Below are positions 18,398 to 28,382 of a DNA stretch of 64,000 bases, one piece after another. A model generated the notes under the pieces. The model was given only the letters and a program-made list of their open reading frames with translations, searched no databases and was not told the DNA's origin. Positions within the stretch are counted from its first letter, which is position 1, and the number at the start of each line of letters is the position of its first letter. Both the position numbers and the translations under genes were made by a program. Origin of the DNA: a candidate division WS6 bacterium OLB20 (GTDB lineage: Bacteria; Patescibacteriota; Dojkabacteria; B142; OLB20); contig JYNZ01000003.1 in NCBI GenBank assembly GCA_001567355.1, positions 466,263-530,262 of the forward strand. The letters run 5' to 3'.

Positions 18398-18817
18398 ATG
18401 CAAGAGAATTCAGATCAGGGACAAACAGAGACGATGGCCTCGCAGCAGCAGACACAACGGGCAAGAAAAGGGATTCCGGTTGTACGCTATAGCGTCATCG
18501 CTGTGCTGCTCATTTTTGTACTGGTGATCATTGCAGGTATTGTCAGCGGGCTCAGTAACACTGTCCGACTCGAAGACAGTGACGGAAGCTGTCGCACAGA
18601 TCAGTGCATCATATTTGATGCGTTTCAGGAAGACGACTTTGCTACCTGGGAGGTCCAGCCCGGTTGGCCGCTGTTTCTGAGTGTGAGCGGATCTGCTGGT
18701 AACAAGGGTGAAGGCGTGACAATCCGCTGCCCGGTAAGCCCTTCGGGACCGGAGCTTATGACAAAACTGCTGATGCTGCTCGATCGCGAAGCAGTGCAGG
18801 ACTGCCGCGTTGAGTGA
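18398..18817 (+). CDS. Hypothetical single-TM protein
   Basis: ORF with one TM helix (VIAVLLIFVLVIIAGIV). Confidence 0.35.
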   Translation: MQENSDQGQTETMASQQQTQRARKGIPVVRYSVIAVLLIFVLVIIAGIVSGLSNTVRLEDSDGSCRTDQCIIFDAFQEDDFATWEVQPGWPLFLSVSGSAGNKGEGVTIRCPVSPSGPELMTKLLMLLDREAVQDCRVE

Positions 18818-19033
18818 TCAGCCGTTCTCTCTGATAAATTCATCCAGCAGGGCACGCGCCTCTTCCAGTGACAGCGACCTGTCGTAGAGCCTGATACGCT
18901 GCTCCATTGTCAGTCCGGGTATCCCATCCACATACGCCCCGAACTCCCAGCGTTCCTGCTCCTCGAGAATCGCCCGTGCCCGCTCCTCGGGTATACCTTC
19001 TCCCTTGTTGTCGTGCGGCGCTAGATCATTCAT
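18818..19033 (-). CDS. Hypothetical small protein
   Basis: 71-aa ORF directly abutting 18398..18817; no recognised motif. Confidence 0.3.
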   Translation of the reverse strand: MNDLAPHDNKGEGIPEERARAILEEQERWEFGAYVDGIPGLTMEQRIRLYDRSLSLEEARALLDEFIRENG

Positions 19034-19077
19034 GCCATAATCCTACCACACCGCTCGTGTTTTTCTGTGCTATAGTG

Positions 19078-20378
19078 ATGCAGACTTATTTTGGAAATTT
19101 CAACATGCCTGTCAATTTTCCCCTACCCCGCAAAGATGAGCTGGCTCCTGAGGAGCAGCAGGCCTCTAACGGCAGACTGATCAAGCGTATTACGTTTTTC
19201 GGTGATTCTGCCATACCTGAGGACGATCCGATCTATAAATCAGTCTGGGAGGCAGCACGGATTCTGGCGGAACGCGGATTTGCGATCGTAAACGGTGGCG
19301 GTCCCGGCATTATGAAGGCAGCCACAGACGGAGCCGAGTCTGTCAACGGTGATACTGTCGCAGTGTACTGGCAGCCGAAGCTGGCGTCTTTTTTTGAAGG
19401 AAAAAACCTGGCAAATGTAACTGACGAGTCGGAAACGTTCTCAAACTATCTGATCAGAACCCTTGGTCTGATCGAACATGGTGATGCATATGTAGTCTGC
19501 AAAGGCGGTACCGGAACTGTGTCCGAGTTCGGGATGGTGTGGGCACTGGCCAAGCTGTACTACGGCTGCCACAAACCGGTTATCCTCTACGGCGAGTTCT
19601 GGGACGGACTGATCGAAGCGTTTCAGCGTGATATGTACATTGACGACATCGAACGTGGTGTACTGTATCAGGCAACTACTCCTGAGGAGATCGTAAACAT
19701 TATCGATAAGCATGAACTGCAGATCCAGCATTGCGGCAAGCGCAGATTTTCCGGTGATGAGGCAGGTTTTGTGCTGGGCGCCGAGGTCAAACTGACCCAG
19801 GAGACACATGATGCCATCGCATCAAGTTATCATGGAGAGTATGCCGGACGTCTTGTTGCTCAGGAGCAGATGGAGGAGTTTATGTCGCTTGTTCATCCGC
19901 CTGCAAAGGTGCTCGACGTTGGCACCGGCCCTGGTCATGATGCCAGGTTTCTGTCAGAAAAATACTCTGTGACCGGCATCGAGATTTCGCAAAAGTTTGC
20001 CGAGATCGCCAAATTTGAAACCCCGAGATGGAAATCATCAACGCCGATGTAGTCACCTACGATCTCGGCAGTAATATCTACAAGGGCATCTGGGCACGTA
20101 ATTCCATTCATCACATCCCCGAACGTGACCTGGACCCGGTATTTAAAAAGCTTGCTGACGCTCTGGTGGAAGGCGGGTATCTGTTTGTTATTGTCCGCGA
20201 AGGCGAAGGCGAATTTGTCGAGGAGGATGTTAAAAACTATCTGCGTATTCAGAAGTTCTACCACCTTTTTACGGAAGACGAGCTGCGCAGCAGAGGTGAG
20301 AAAGCCGGACTCACGCTCGAACGTATCGACCATAACAAACGCAGCCATAAATGGCTGGTTGGCATCTTCCGGAAGTAA
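19078..20378 (+). CDS. LOG-family (TIGR00730 Rossmann nucleotide-binding) domain fused to a class I SAM-dependent methyltransferase; frameshifted near 20030-20050
   Basis: LOG motifs GGGPGIMKAA and KGGTGTVSEFGMVWALAKL. The MTase motif I VLDVGTGPGHD lies in ORF 18907..20052. Motifs II and III (INADVVTYDL, LVEGGYLFVIVRE) continue in ORF 20028..20378 in another frame. Confidence 0.6.
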
Positions 20379-20636
20379 TCAGCGTTTGATATAGAGTACA
20401 AACAGAATAGCAAGACTCATGGTGATCTGCACCAGCGCTGATGTTTTGACCCACCAGTAAAAGCGTTTTGACGGTTTTCCGCCGGTTATGCCTTTAAACT
20501 TCAGCGAACGCTTCGTTATCTTCCAGTAGGCCTCCGGATTAAAGTACAGCCAGCCGCTTGTGATCCCGAGCAGCAGTGCAAACGCGATCAGGAAGTAACG
20601 GATAAACTGTACAAACAGAAATGTGCTGTAATCCAT
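20379..20636 (-). CDS. Hypothetical small membrane protein
   Basis: Two predicted TM helices. Confidence 0.3.
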   Translation of the reverse strand: MDYSTFLFVQFIRYFLIAFALLLGITSGWLYFNPEAYWKITKRSLKFKGITGGKPSKRFYWWVKTSALVQITMSLAILFVLYIKR

Positions 20637-20661
20637 ACCTAAGACTAGCAGAAAATATCTT

Positions 20662-21621
20662 TCAGGTCATCGCCAGCAGCTCGCGGGCAGTTTCATACAT
20701 CAGAGGGCGTTCGTTCTGCTTCTGCTGATACCACCACTCTGCTCCCCACAGCCATATCTCAGTTACAGGCAGGGTCCTGACCGCCTGTATGTTTTCACGC
20801 AGACGCATCGGTGACATGGATCTGATCTGCTCTTCGATGCTGTCAGGAGGCAGATGCGAACGTTCTGAGGGTCCCCAGGGTTCCGCCTGCAGTTCGGTGA
20901 CAAGCACCGGCTTTGCCGCAGCAGCAATCTTTTCTTTGAGGTTTGCCGGGTCGATACCCGGATACTGATAGCGCCGCAACTGCCGGGCATACGAAGCCGG
21001 GTAGATATTGATCCCGACTTCATCACCATACAGCGCAGCCTTGCGCCATCGACTGTGCTCTGCAGTATCTGTCATCAGCACCGGCCTGTCATCAAGTCTG
21101 CGCACCGCAGCAACTGCCTGGTTGACGTACTCCTCTGTCAGCGGAAATTCACTGTGGCCGAACTGCCAGAAAGGTTCGTTTTCGATCTGCCAGCGTACGA
21201 CAGCGGAATTGTCGCGGTAATGGTTGACCACATTTTCTATGAAATAGATTGAACGTTCTGCCAGGTAGTGTTCGCCCTTATCCAGCGCCCAGGCCGGCTC
21301 ATGATACTCGGGCCAGCGCGGAACCTTGCGTCCGGCTGCGACAGTTACAGCACACTCCGCCTCTGCTGCAGTTTTGATGATGCTGTCCAGCTCTGTAAAA
21401 TCGAACAGATGCGGTTCCTGTTCGATTTCGTCCCAGTAGGCACACACACGCAATGCGCTAAACGGAAAGTCGGCAAGCAGGTCATGCAAAACCCGACCGG
21501 GATCAAGCCCGAGCTCGCGGCAGTATTTCTGACTGAATGTTATACCCCATCTTGTTGCCATACTAAAGACTAGCACATCAGGTCTGTATGACTGCAACGC
21601 GGTGCGGGTGTAATAGCCCAA
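20662..21621 (-). CDS. Glycoside hydrolase, clan GH-A (GH5/cellulase-like)
   Basis: Acid/base motif VRWQIENEP and a nucleophile-like VLVTELQAEPWG. Confidence 0.5.
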   Translation of the reverse strand: MGYYTRTALQSYRPDVLVFSMATRWGITFSQKYCRELGLDPGRVLHDLLADFPFSALRVCAYWDEIEQEPHLFDFTELDSIIKTAAEAECAVTVAAGRKVPRWPEYHEPAWALDKGEHYLAERSIYFIENVVNHYRDNSAVVRWQIENEPFWQFGHSEFPLTEEYVNQAVAAVRRLDDRPVLMTDTAEHSRWRKAALYGDEVGINIYPASYARQLRRYQYPGIDPANLKEKIAAAAKPVLVTELQAEPWGPSERSHLPPDSIEEQIRSMSPMRLRENIQAVRTLPVTEIWLWGAEWWYQQKQNERPLMYETARELLAMT

Positions 21622-21661
21622 AGCAACCTCACCTACCCCCGGATACTGTTGTGAGACAGGT

Positions 21662-21693
21662 ACTTATTAAGCACCTGCCGGCTGCACTAAGTC
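21662..21693. repeat. 32-bp direct repeat copy 1 (acttattaagcacctgccggctgcactaagtc)
   Basis: Identical 32-mer also at 23859..23890. Each copy lies about 40-130 bp upstream (minus-strand sense) of a secreted-hydrolase transcription unit. Confidence 0.7.
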
Positions 21694-21720
21694 ATGGGGG
21701 GTCCCATGCCCCGGGGATTT

Positions 21721-22389
21721 TTAATAGATCTTTGCGCCATTCTTAATGGTCAGTGAATAACCGCTTTTGACAAGGATATGGTAATTCTGAAAGTCAAAGT
21801 CAATGTTCCCCTCAACTACACAGTTCTGTTCGATGATCCAATTGCTGCTTTGTACAGGAGTACATCTTGGAGCAAATTTGTACGCAGCGTAGCCAAGATA
21901 ACTTCCTGACTGTCTAACAAAATAGTGTATGTGCTTAAAGCCATTTGCGCATCCTTTATCACTTATCGTTCCAATGACTTGCCCCTCAATAACATATTCG
22001 CCATCTTCTGCAGCGTTTGGGGCATTAGCATCGATATGAACATAGTTGACATCAACACCATTTTCTCCAACTATTCTCAGGTATTGTGCGGAGCATCCAT
22101 CGTTTAAATAGTCTACAGTTCCGGAGATACTTGCTAATGCATCATAGCCATAGCAGGATTGATAATCATTACCATAATATGGATTCCCTTCATTACCAGC
22201 TATGTCTAGTTCATTATTCGATCCAGCATGTGCCCTGCCAATATTTACATTGTATTCCTCTCCCGTTTTCACAAACGCACCATCCACAAAATTGCAGGGC
22301 TGTCCCACATATACCAATGCATGAGAAGAAGACGATGTCTGACTAAAAATAATGACCGCAAGGATAAAAACTACGCTTCTAGATCTCAT
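21721..22389 (-). CDS. Secreted M23 family peptidase (LytM domain)
   Basis: Signal peptide MRSRSVVFILAVIIFSQTSSSSHA, then VNYVHIDANAP...GQVIGTISDKG...FKHIHYFV, matching M23 HxxxD ... HxH. Confidence 0.55.
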   Translation of the reverse strand: MRSRSVVFILAVIIFSQTSSSSHALVYVGQPCNFVDGAFVKTGEEYNVNIGRAHAGSNNELDIAGNEGNPYYGNDYQSCYGYDALASISGTVDYLNDGCSAQYLRIVGENGVDVNYVHIDANAPNAAEDGEYVIEGQVIGTISDKGCANGFKHIHYFVRQSGSYLGYAAYKFAPRCTPVQSSNWIIEQNCVVEGNIDFDFQNYHILVKSGYSLTIKNGAKIY

Positions 22390-23051
22390 GATTGACGAAT
22401 TGATGAAAGAATTGTTTCAACTTCTGACATAAGTTGTGGATCCTGTTTAAGTGAATCAATGCTATCTTCAAGCTCTAACGTAATATAACCGACAACAGTT
22501 AGCGTGCTGAGTGCTATTGCTTTGTTCTTAGATGGACCACATACCTGTAGTCCCCACCGCTCTGTCTCAACTATGTAATATTCACCGGTTCCATTTGTTA
22601 CTTTGATTGCATCTTCTGTAATGATGACCGCCAGATCGCTTTCACTAGAGAAATGGCATCCCTTTCCACCAATATTTCCGTTAAGTATTCTTAATACTGC
22701 GCGATCATTTCTAAGAGTAATCTCTTCACTTTCTTCATCCTTCGGTGTATTCACCTCAAGTTCCCAGTCTGAAGGAAAATCCAATGAGAAGGGTTTCGCG
22801 AAAGGATAAATTGAAGTATATGTTTGATTAGCATTTACCGTAGGATTCGGCGTCTCACTCACTACCAGATAAGAATCAGGCTGGTCTTCTGCAAGCGTGA
22901 CTGTCGGTGTAGGATAGTCCGCTGTCCGCATCTCATTCTGAACCATCGTCGTAACTGCATATCCTCCAGCAAGAGCGAAAAGACAGCCTGTGGCAAACGA
23001 TGCAGCCAGCAGTACAGAACGATGTCCAGGATTATTCATGTCTATCTTCAT
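22386..23051 (-). CDS. Secreted hypothetical protein
   Basis: N-terminal signal/TM; overlaps the next gene by 4 nt (operon). Confidence 0.4.
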   Translation of the reverse strand: MKIDMNNPGHRSVLLAASFATGCLFALAGGYAVTTMVQNEMRTADYPTPTVTLAEDQPDSYLVVSETPNPTVNANQTYTSIYPFAKPFSLDFPSDWELEVNTPKDEESEEITLRNDRAVLRILNGNIGGKGCHFSSESDLAVIITEDAIKVTNGTGEYYIVETERWGLQVCGPSKNKAIALSTLTVVGYITLELEDSIDSLKQDPQLMSEVETILSSIRQS

Positions 23052-23090
23052 GGTTTGCTTTTTCTAAGATATATTTTCCAGTGTAGCCGA

Positions 23091-23732
23091 TTAACAGTTA
23101 CCAATACATACATCCCCGTTGTAATACAATCGCATTGGCGTCTTCTGCCAGGCTCCACTATCGTAGAGTGAATGAAAATTCAGAGCACCGCTTGTAATTC
23201 CTATCCTGAAAAGCTTCTGATTGGTAAGCGCGTCCTCATCTTCAAAGGTGAGCGCAGGTGAACCACCCTCTTTGATGTGAACTCTACCAAGGGGTGTAGT
23301 GCTGCCTGAAGCTGTGCCGGTAAATCTGCCCAGACCCGTAAACCCTGTGGCTCCGTCAAACAGAAAGCCGTTAACCTCGGATCCATATGGACCCCCATAC
23401 ATCTCAAGATCGGCGTAGTCATTGGCACCACGGATCATAAGCCGTGTCGTCTGGTCTCCATTGACATCCTCTGTCAGGAACTCCAAGGTTGCATCACCGC
23501 CAAGGATGCCCTGGTCAATCGCAAAACCCCCACTTGTACCGTTGTTACCCTCAAGCAGGTACCCGGGATCAGTCAGTCCGATACCTACATTTCCACCGGT
23601 ATAGAAGATGTCGTTTCCGCTTGCAACCCAGTTACCGATTGCACGCACAACCGGCGCAAACACCGGCACCGTCAAAATAAGGATGAGACACGCTGCTGTT
23701 GCCAGCAGATATGATGAGATACGCTTCTTCAT
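23091..23732 (-). CDS. Secreted hypothetical protein (Gly/Thr-rich)
   Basis: Signal peptide MKKRISSYLLATAACLILILTVPVFA; first gene of a three-gene secreted operon. Confidence 0.4.
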   Translation of the reverse strand: MKKRISSYLLATAACLILILTVPVFAPVVRAIGNWVASGNDIFYTGGNVGIGLTDPGYLLEGNNGTSGGFAIDQGILGGDATLEFLTEDVNGDQTTRLMIRGANDYADLEMYGGPYGSEVNGFLFDGATGFTGLGRFTGTASGSTTPLGRVHIKEGGSPALTFEDEDALTNQKLFRIGITSGALNFHSLYDSGAWQKTPMRLYYNGDVCIGNC

Positions 23733-23769
23733 AGCGCGAATAAAAGAAGTAATTATTTCAGTGAATCAC

Positions 23770-23779
23770 GGGGGGGGGG
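23770..23779. promoter_or_regulatory. G10 homopolymer in the promoter region of 23091..23732; candidate slipped-strand phase-variation tract
   Basis: cacg-G10-taacacc lies about 40 bp upstream of the start codon at 23732. Confidence 0.4.
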
Positions 23780-23858
23780 TAACACCGCATTGTACCGCAA
23801 CGCAAATTTGCGGACTTTGTCAGGAAAAATTGCAGCGGGAACCAGTCGGGACGCAGAG

Positions 23859-23890
23859 ACTTATTAAGCACCTGCCGGCTGCACTAAGTC
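23859..23890. repeat. 32-bp direct repeat copy 2
   Basis: Identical to 21662..21693. Confidence 0.7.
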
Positions 23891-23942
23891 CTAGGGTCGG
23901 ACCGAATCAGACTGCAGATAGATTTTCAGCAAGAAATCATCA

Positions 23943-25322
23943 TCAGGCATGCGGCAGCGGCAGACGCCACACCTCTTCCGAAACGTGATCGTCAACACCT
24001 TCTCCAAACAGCAGTTTTGTCCGTGTCTGCAACGCTCTTGCAACGACCTTGACTGTAAACTTCATGTGGTGTTCACCTGATGCTCCGTTCTGCCTCTGTT
24101 TATCAGACCTGGCAGCAACATAATCCAGTCCGAGCGCATCCTCGTCCACCACTTCTCCGTCCGGGGTCTCGATCTGTTCGGACAAATACGGGTCGCCAGG
24201 CTCCTCAGCCTGTTCGCTGGTGTCTGCCTGCAGTTCGGCAGTCGATCCCTGCATCTCAGTCTGGTTATGATAGTAGAACGCTGTATCCCAGAATCTGTCC
24301 AGACAGGATATATCCCCTGTCCCTGCCTCAAACGCAATCCTGCTCGTCGGGAGATAATTATGTCCGTCACCGTCTGAAACCCGCATATAGTCAAGTGCTG
24401 CAGCATAGCGGTCCTTAAGGTTGAAGATCTCTGCCGTCCCGAATCCCAGATAGCCTGCCAGCCGGCTCAGCCTGAGCAATCCGATCTGCGCATAGCCACC
24501 CGTCACCCCGAAGATACGTGTATCAATGTAACTGCGCCGGTTCGTACGGTTAAAGTCGCGCAACGGCAACTCCAGTGCCAGAATTCTTTCCGTCAGCGCA
24601 TTGCGTTCCGTCTCATCTTCGCTCCACACAAGATGCCGCAACGTATCTGTCATAAACTCCCCGCTGCTGACCGGTTGCAATGCATCGAAATGCGCATGGT
24701 ATCCGCTGTTAATCCGCAGCGGGACAGACGTCAGCGGTACACCGCCTTCACTGATGTCAGCAAGCAGATACCTGGCACCTCCTGTCGTTCTTGCTTCGCT
24801 GGCAAGCCTGTGCATATCATGGTCAAGATGAAAACCAAGCACCGAGGCAAACTGTGAATCATAGCTGTTACGGCTCTGAACTGCTTCCATCAGTATCCCC
24901 TGCTTGCTTCTCGGTGAGCGGGGTATTGAATATATAAACCCGTGACCGTCCATTCTGACAAAGCCACCCTGACTGATCTCAAATGCGTTTTTCCGCATAC
25001 GGTACTCATCCTTGTGACGCTTATCCATAATCTGGTTGCCAGTACCCAGGATGAGGTCGGACAGCGTTCTGTCGCCGTTTTTTCCGAACCGCGGAAGATT
25101 GATTGTTATTCTGCCGAACGGATCATCCTCGTGAACAGTGATTGTGCTTGAGGGCAGAAAGTACTCTGCGATCTCTGTGTAGGAGGCGGAGCCGTTAGTG
25201 ACAATTGCACTCAGTACCCGCCGGTGCTGCTCGGGTGCGGTTGATGACTCAAAATATGCGAGTTGTGATGTATTGCGGATTTCTGTGTGCATAGTCAGAT
25301 TCTGATCTATATAACACACCAT
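23943..25322 (-). CDS. Hypothetical protein (459 aa)
   Basis: Long ORF; no recognised motif. Confidence 0.4.
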   Translation of the reverse strand: MVCYIDQNLTMHTEIRNTSQLAYFESSTAPEQHRRVLSAIVTNGSASYTEIAEYFLPSSTITVHEDDPFGRITINLPRFGKNGDRTLSDLILGTGNQIMDKRHKDEYRMRKNAFEISQGGFVRMDGHGFIYSIPRSPRSKQGILMEAVQSRNSYDSQFASVLGFHLDHDMHRLASEARTTGGARYLLADISEGGVPLTSVPLRINSGYHAHFDALQPVSSGEFMTDTLRHLVWSEDETERNALTERILALELPLRDFNRTNRRSYIDTRIFGVTGGYAQIGLLRLSRLAGYLGFGTAEIFNLKDRYAAALDYMRVSDGDGHNYLPTSRIAFEAGTGDISCLDRFWDTAFYYHNQTEMQGSTAELQADTSEQAEEPGDPYLSEQIETPDGEVVDEDALGLDYVAARSDKQRQNGASGEHHMKFTVKVVARALQTRTKLLFGEGVDDHVSEEVWRLPLPHA

Positions 25323-25419
25323 CCGGATACGGCAAAATCCTGCAAGCAGAACTTCTGATCACCCGCCGCGGTTGTTCTGTCTGTTGTCAGCCGGGCGCAT
25401 TGTATCTGCGATACAGCAG

Positions 25420-26133
25420 CTAATCAGTATCTGTCGGGAGAATGAGCCGGGGGATTGGCTTCCGGACCAATCCCTGCAGGAGGACTCTTTTTAGGGGGTA
25501 CCTTCTGTTGAAATCTGCCATCGAGTATCTGTTAGGGTCATGTTCCCGTATCAAAGGTACACAGATCCCTACTCTGCGTTTTCGTGATCCCATCAACGTA
25601 CCGGGGACGACAGCGCCAGACCCGAGCAGTCCCTCCTGTCCAAGCTGGTCAACAAGCAGATCAGTCATTGCGTCAATACCTGCGGCAACCGGGATATCAA
25701 GAGTCACCATATTCGCGTGCGGAATGCTGGAGATTGCCGGTAATATGTGTTCGGAGAGAATCGAAAGCAGGAGTCGCTTTTTCAGCGCAAAGACGTCGAT
25801 CGCGCCACCAGAGTCCAGGAGCTCAAGCGCAACATCAGGCCTGGGTATTGTGTCTTCAACAAGGATGGTTGTGTCATCAGTTATTTCTGCGGGGTTCGTT
25901 GAGACAGTAAGATGCTGGTGCAGACTGTCGTAGCTTACACGGGGCGCAATCGGGCTCCGGTATGGCTCCTGATCGATGATGATTCCGGTTGCAGCGCCAA
26001 GCGTCAGTCCCGAGACCTTCACGTTCCAGGTGCCAGCGTAGAGATATCTGCCTGCGTTCAAAGAGTCAATCACAATACCTTGATCATATTTGCTGTCAGG
26101 TGTACTGGACATACTACAGTGTATCAATACCAC
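25420..26133 (-). CDS. Hypothetical protein
   Basis: ORF only; start possibly at 26112. Confidence 0.35.
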   Translation of the reverse strand: MVLIHCSMSSTPDSKYDQGIVIDSLNAGRYLYAGTWNVKVSGLTLGAATGIIIDQEPYRSPIAPRVSYDSLHQHLTVSTNPAEITDDTTILVEDTIPRPDVALELLDSGGAIDVFALKKRLLLSILSEHILPAISSIPHANMVTLDIPVAAGIDAMTDLLVDQLGQEGLLGSGAVVPGTLMGSRKRRVGICVPLIREHDPNRYSMADFNRRYPLKRVLLQGLVRKPIPRLILPTDTD

Positions 26134-26187
26134 CCATTATATCATTGTGATATATTTATACAAAATCCTGTTGCCATAGATGATAAA

Positions 26188-26742
26188 ATGTCGGCAGATA
26201 ATTACACAGGCATGACAGTAAAGCGACAGCTCAGTGATCTGTTCGACAGTAAATTTGATGGCATCTACCGATACTTTCTGATTAAAACTCTTGATCAGTC
26301 TGTAGCCGAGGACCTTTCGTCAGAGACGTTTACAAGACTTGGAGAGCAGCTGCATATTAACCAGTCCATCGATAATGCAGAATCCTACCTCTACGGGATT
26401 GCACGCAACGTTCTTAATGAACATCTGCGTGAAAAGTACCTGCTGGCAGATATCTCACTTGATGAAAACAGAATAGAAGACGCTGTTGAAGAAGCGGGCA
26501 CAAGGACAATGACCATGCTTGAGGATGCTCTGCGGCGCTGTCTAGAACGCCTTCCGGAGAAGCAGGCTCTGGTGCTGCGTCTGCGCTTTGTGGAGCGGCT
26601 CAGCTTTCAGGAGATTATTACCGAACTCGGAAAAACCGCCGACTACGTAAAAACGACGCAGCGCAGAGCAATTGCCAGTATGCGCAAACTTGTGGCAGGA
26701 GGAGAATGTATACCCGCTCTAACATATAAGAAGCATGAGTAA
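26188..26742 (+). CDS. ECF (sigma-70 family, group 4) RNA polymerase sigma factor
   Basis: Region 2 (YRYFLIKTLDQSVAEDLSSETFTRL) and region 4.2 HTH (LPEKQALVLRLRFVERLSFQEIITELGKTADYVKTTQRRAI). Confidence 0.75.
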   Translation: MSADNYTGMTVKRQLSDLFDSKFDGIYRYFLIKTLDQSVAEDLSSETFTRLGEQLHINQSIDNAESYLYGIARNVLNEHLREKYLLADISLDENRIEDAVEEAGTRTMTMLEDALRRCLERLPEKQALVLRLRFVERLSFQEIITELGKTADYVKTTQRRAIASMRKLVAGGECIPALTYKKHE

Positions 26743-27442
26743 ACACCCGCTGCTGAGTGCATTCGGCATAACAACCCTGGCACCTGATCCCGCATTCCGT
26801 GCAAAACAGCGTAAGCGTTTTGTCCGGTCGGTCAGCACCAGCTATATTCTGCTAATAAGGTCAATGCTGCTCCGGCGCTCTGTAGCCGGTGCGCTGGCGC
26901 TTGTTCTGATCTTTATGCTGACATTCTCATTCGCGGCACCCCGAATTACGTATGCCCGGTCACTTTCGTATCTTGCCTTGTCCAATACATTCTTCCACCA
27001 GCACTCTGACTATGATCCGTTTGCGGTGCATGACGGAATTATTCTGATCTTTGACCCGAGAATCGTGCCCGCAGCCGGAGCACAGAATGTTGAGATAATG
27101 TACGAATACGGCGATCCGAAGTCGTGTCCCAACTATGTCCTGACTCCTGATGTCCAGCGGATTGAAGCAAGTGTCAGCGAAAACGGCACCTACCAGACAG
27201 CTGCGTTTTCAAGTTCAGGAGAACAGCAGTTCTCGCTCACACTCCCGTCATCTGCCGATGTACCTGTCCTGATTGATCCGGTATCCGTCAACGAAGAGTC
27301 ACAGTATACATTCAAATGCACTGATGACAGAGAGGATATCATCATCAACAGCCTGACACGGGATGGCCGTGCACTTGAGACGCTGGAGGTCAGTCTTCGC
27401 GATGGAACACTTCTCTACCGCGCTCACGTGCGGGTATTCTGA
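26735..27442 (+). CDS. Putative anti-sigma factor (single-TM, extracytoplasmic domain)
   Basis: Overlaps the sigma gene stop by 8 nt; short cytoplasmic N-terminus, one TM helix, exported C-terminal domain. Confidence 0.4.
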   Translation: MSKHPLLSAFGITTLAPDPAFRAKQRKRFVRSVSTSYILLIRSMLLRRSVAGALALVLIFMLTFSFAAPRITYARSLSYLALSNTFFHQHSDYDPFAVHDGIILIFDPRIVPAAGAQNVEIMYEYGDPKSCPNYVLTPDVQRIEASVSENGTYQTAAFSSSGEQQFSLTLPSSADVPVLIDPVSVNEESQYTFKCTDDREDIIINSLTRDGRALETLEVSLRDGTLLYRAHVRVF

Positions 27443-27557
27443 CCAGACTCTTTCTGCAGGCAACAGATACACGGGCAGATCCTCTATTTAGCGTGTTGAC
27501 TTTACCCGGGCATCGTAATTCTCTACACTGAATGTAACACGCCCCGACTTATAGTTA

Positions 27558-28382
27558 TTGGTTATATATCAGACAATGACTGCAGAAGGTAAAACACTTA
27601 CTCAGACAAGAGAAACAGCAAGCATCCTTGAACAGAGGGCGCGCGAATTCATAACAGAACGTGAGCGGATGTTTGAAGGCCTCGCTACAATCAGCTGGTC
27701 ATACGACGAGGATCCGCAGACACAGCTACCCCGAATTGACCGTTCTTCAAAGCGGGTTCTGCTGCCCGTACTTTCAGGAGTACTGAAGGAGGGTTTTGAC
27801 GCTGTTGAACGCGGCGAAGACAGGTACGACTATGAGGTGATGCATGCGTATCTGTCACACGTGCGTGACAACATTATGACTGCGGACAGAATGAGAAGAC
27901 GTCTTCCTGAGCAGGGTAAAATCAGTGACGAGGATTATGCTGAGTTTATGGACAGCAAGTATTCTAAATATGCGCTGAAGTATACTGCAGTCTCACTTGG
28001 CAATATAGTCGACACTCTTTTCAGGGACGATGATACAAGCTTAGTAATGACCCCTGGGGCGCTTGATGCCATCCTCGACTTCTCCCGTGAAGCCGGTATG
28101 GAGATTGATGATTTTGCAGATGACCTGAATACTATTCCCCTTCCCAATGCAGGAGACGGGCAAAACGTTACCAGACCTGATGTGTTTTCGACCCAGAATA
28201 TTCAGCAACTTGACCTGAAAACAATAGACCGGGCACTCGAAGAGCGGACTATCACTCCCGAGGAGCACGACAGGCTGACTAAACAGATTAAGGGCCACTA
28301 CGCCAGAAAGCTCATCGAGCATCTCAAGAAGGACGAGAAAGAAGAGGAGAACAAGCCTACTGCTGAACCAGCTGCTGTCTGA
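27558..28382 (+). CDS. Hypothetical protein
   Basis: ORF only. Confidence 0.35.
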   Translation: MVIYQTMTAEGKTLTQTRETASILEQRAREFITERERMFEGLATISWSYDEDPQTQLPRIDRSSKRVLLPVLSGVLKEGFDAVERGEDRYDYEVMHAYLSHVRDNIMTADRMRRRLPEQGKISDEDYAEFMDSKYSKYALKYTAVSLGNIVDTLFRDDDTSLVMTPGALDAILDFSREAGMEIDDFADDLNTIPLPNAGDGQNVTRPDVFSTQNIQQLDLKTIDRALEERTITPEEHDRLTKQIKGHYARKLIEHLKKDEKEEENKPTAEPAAV

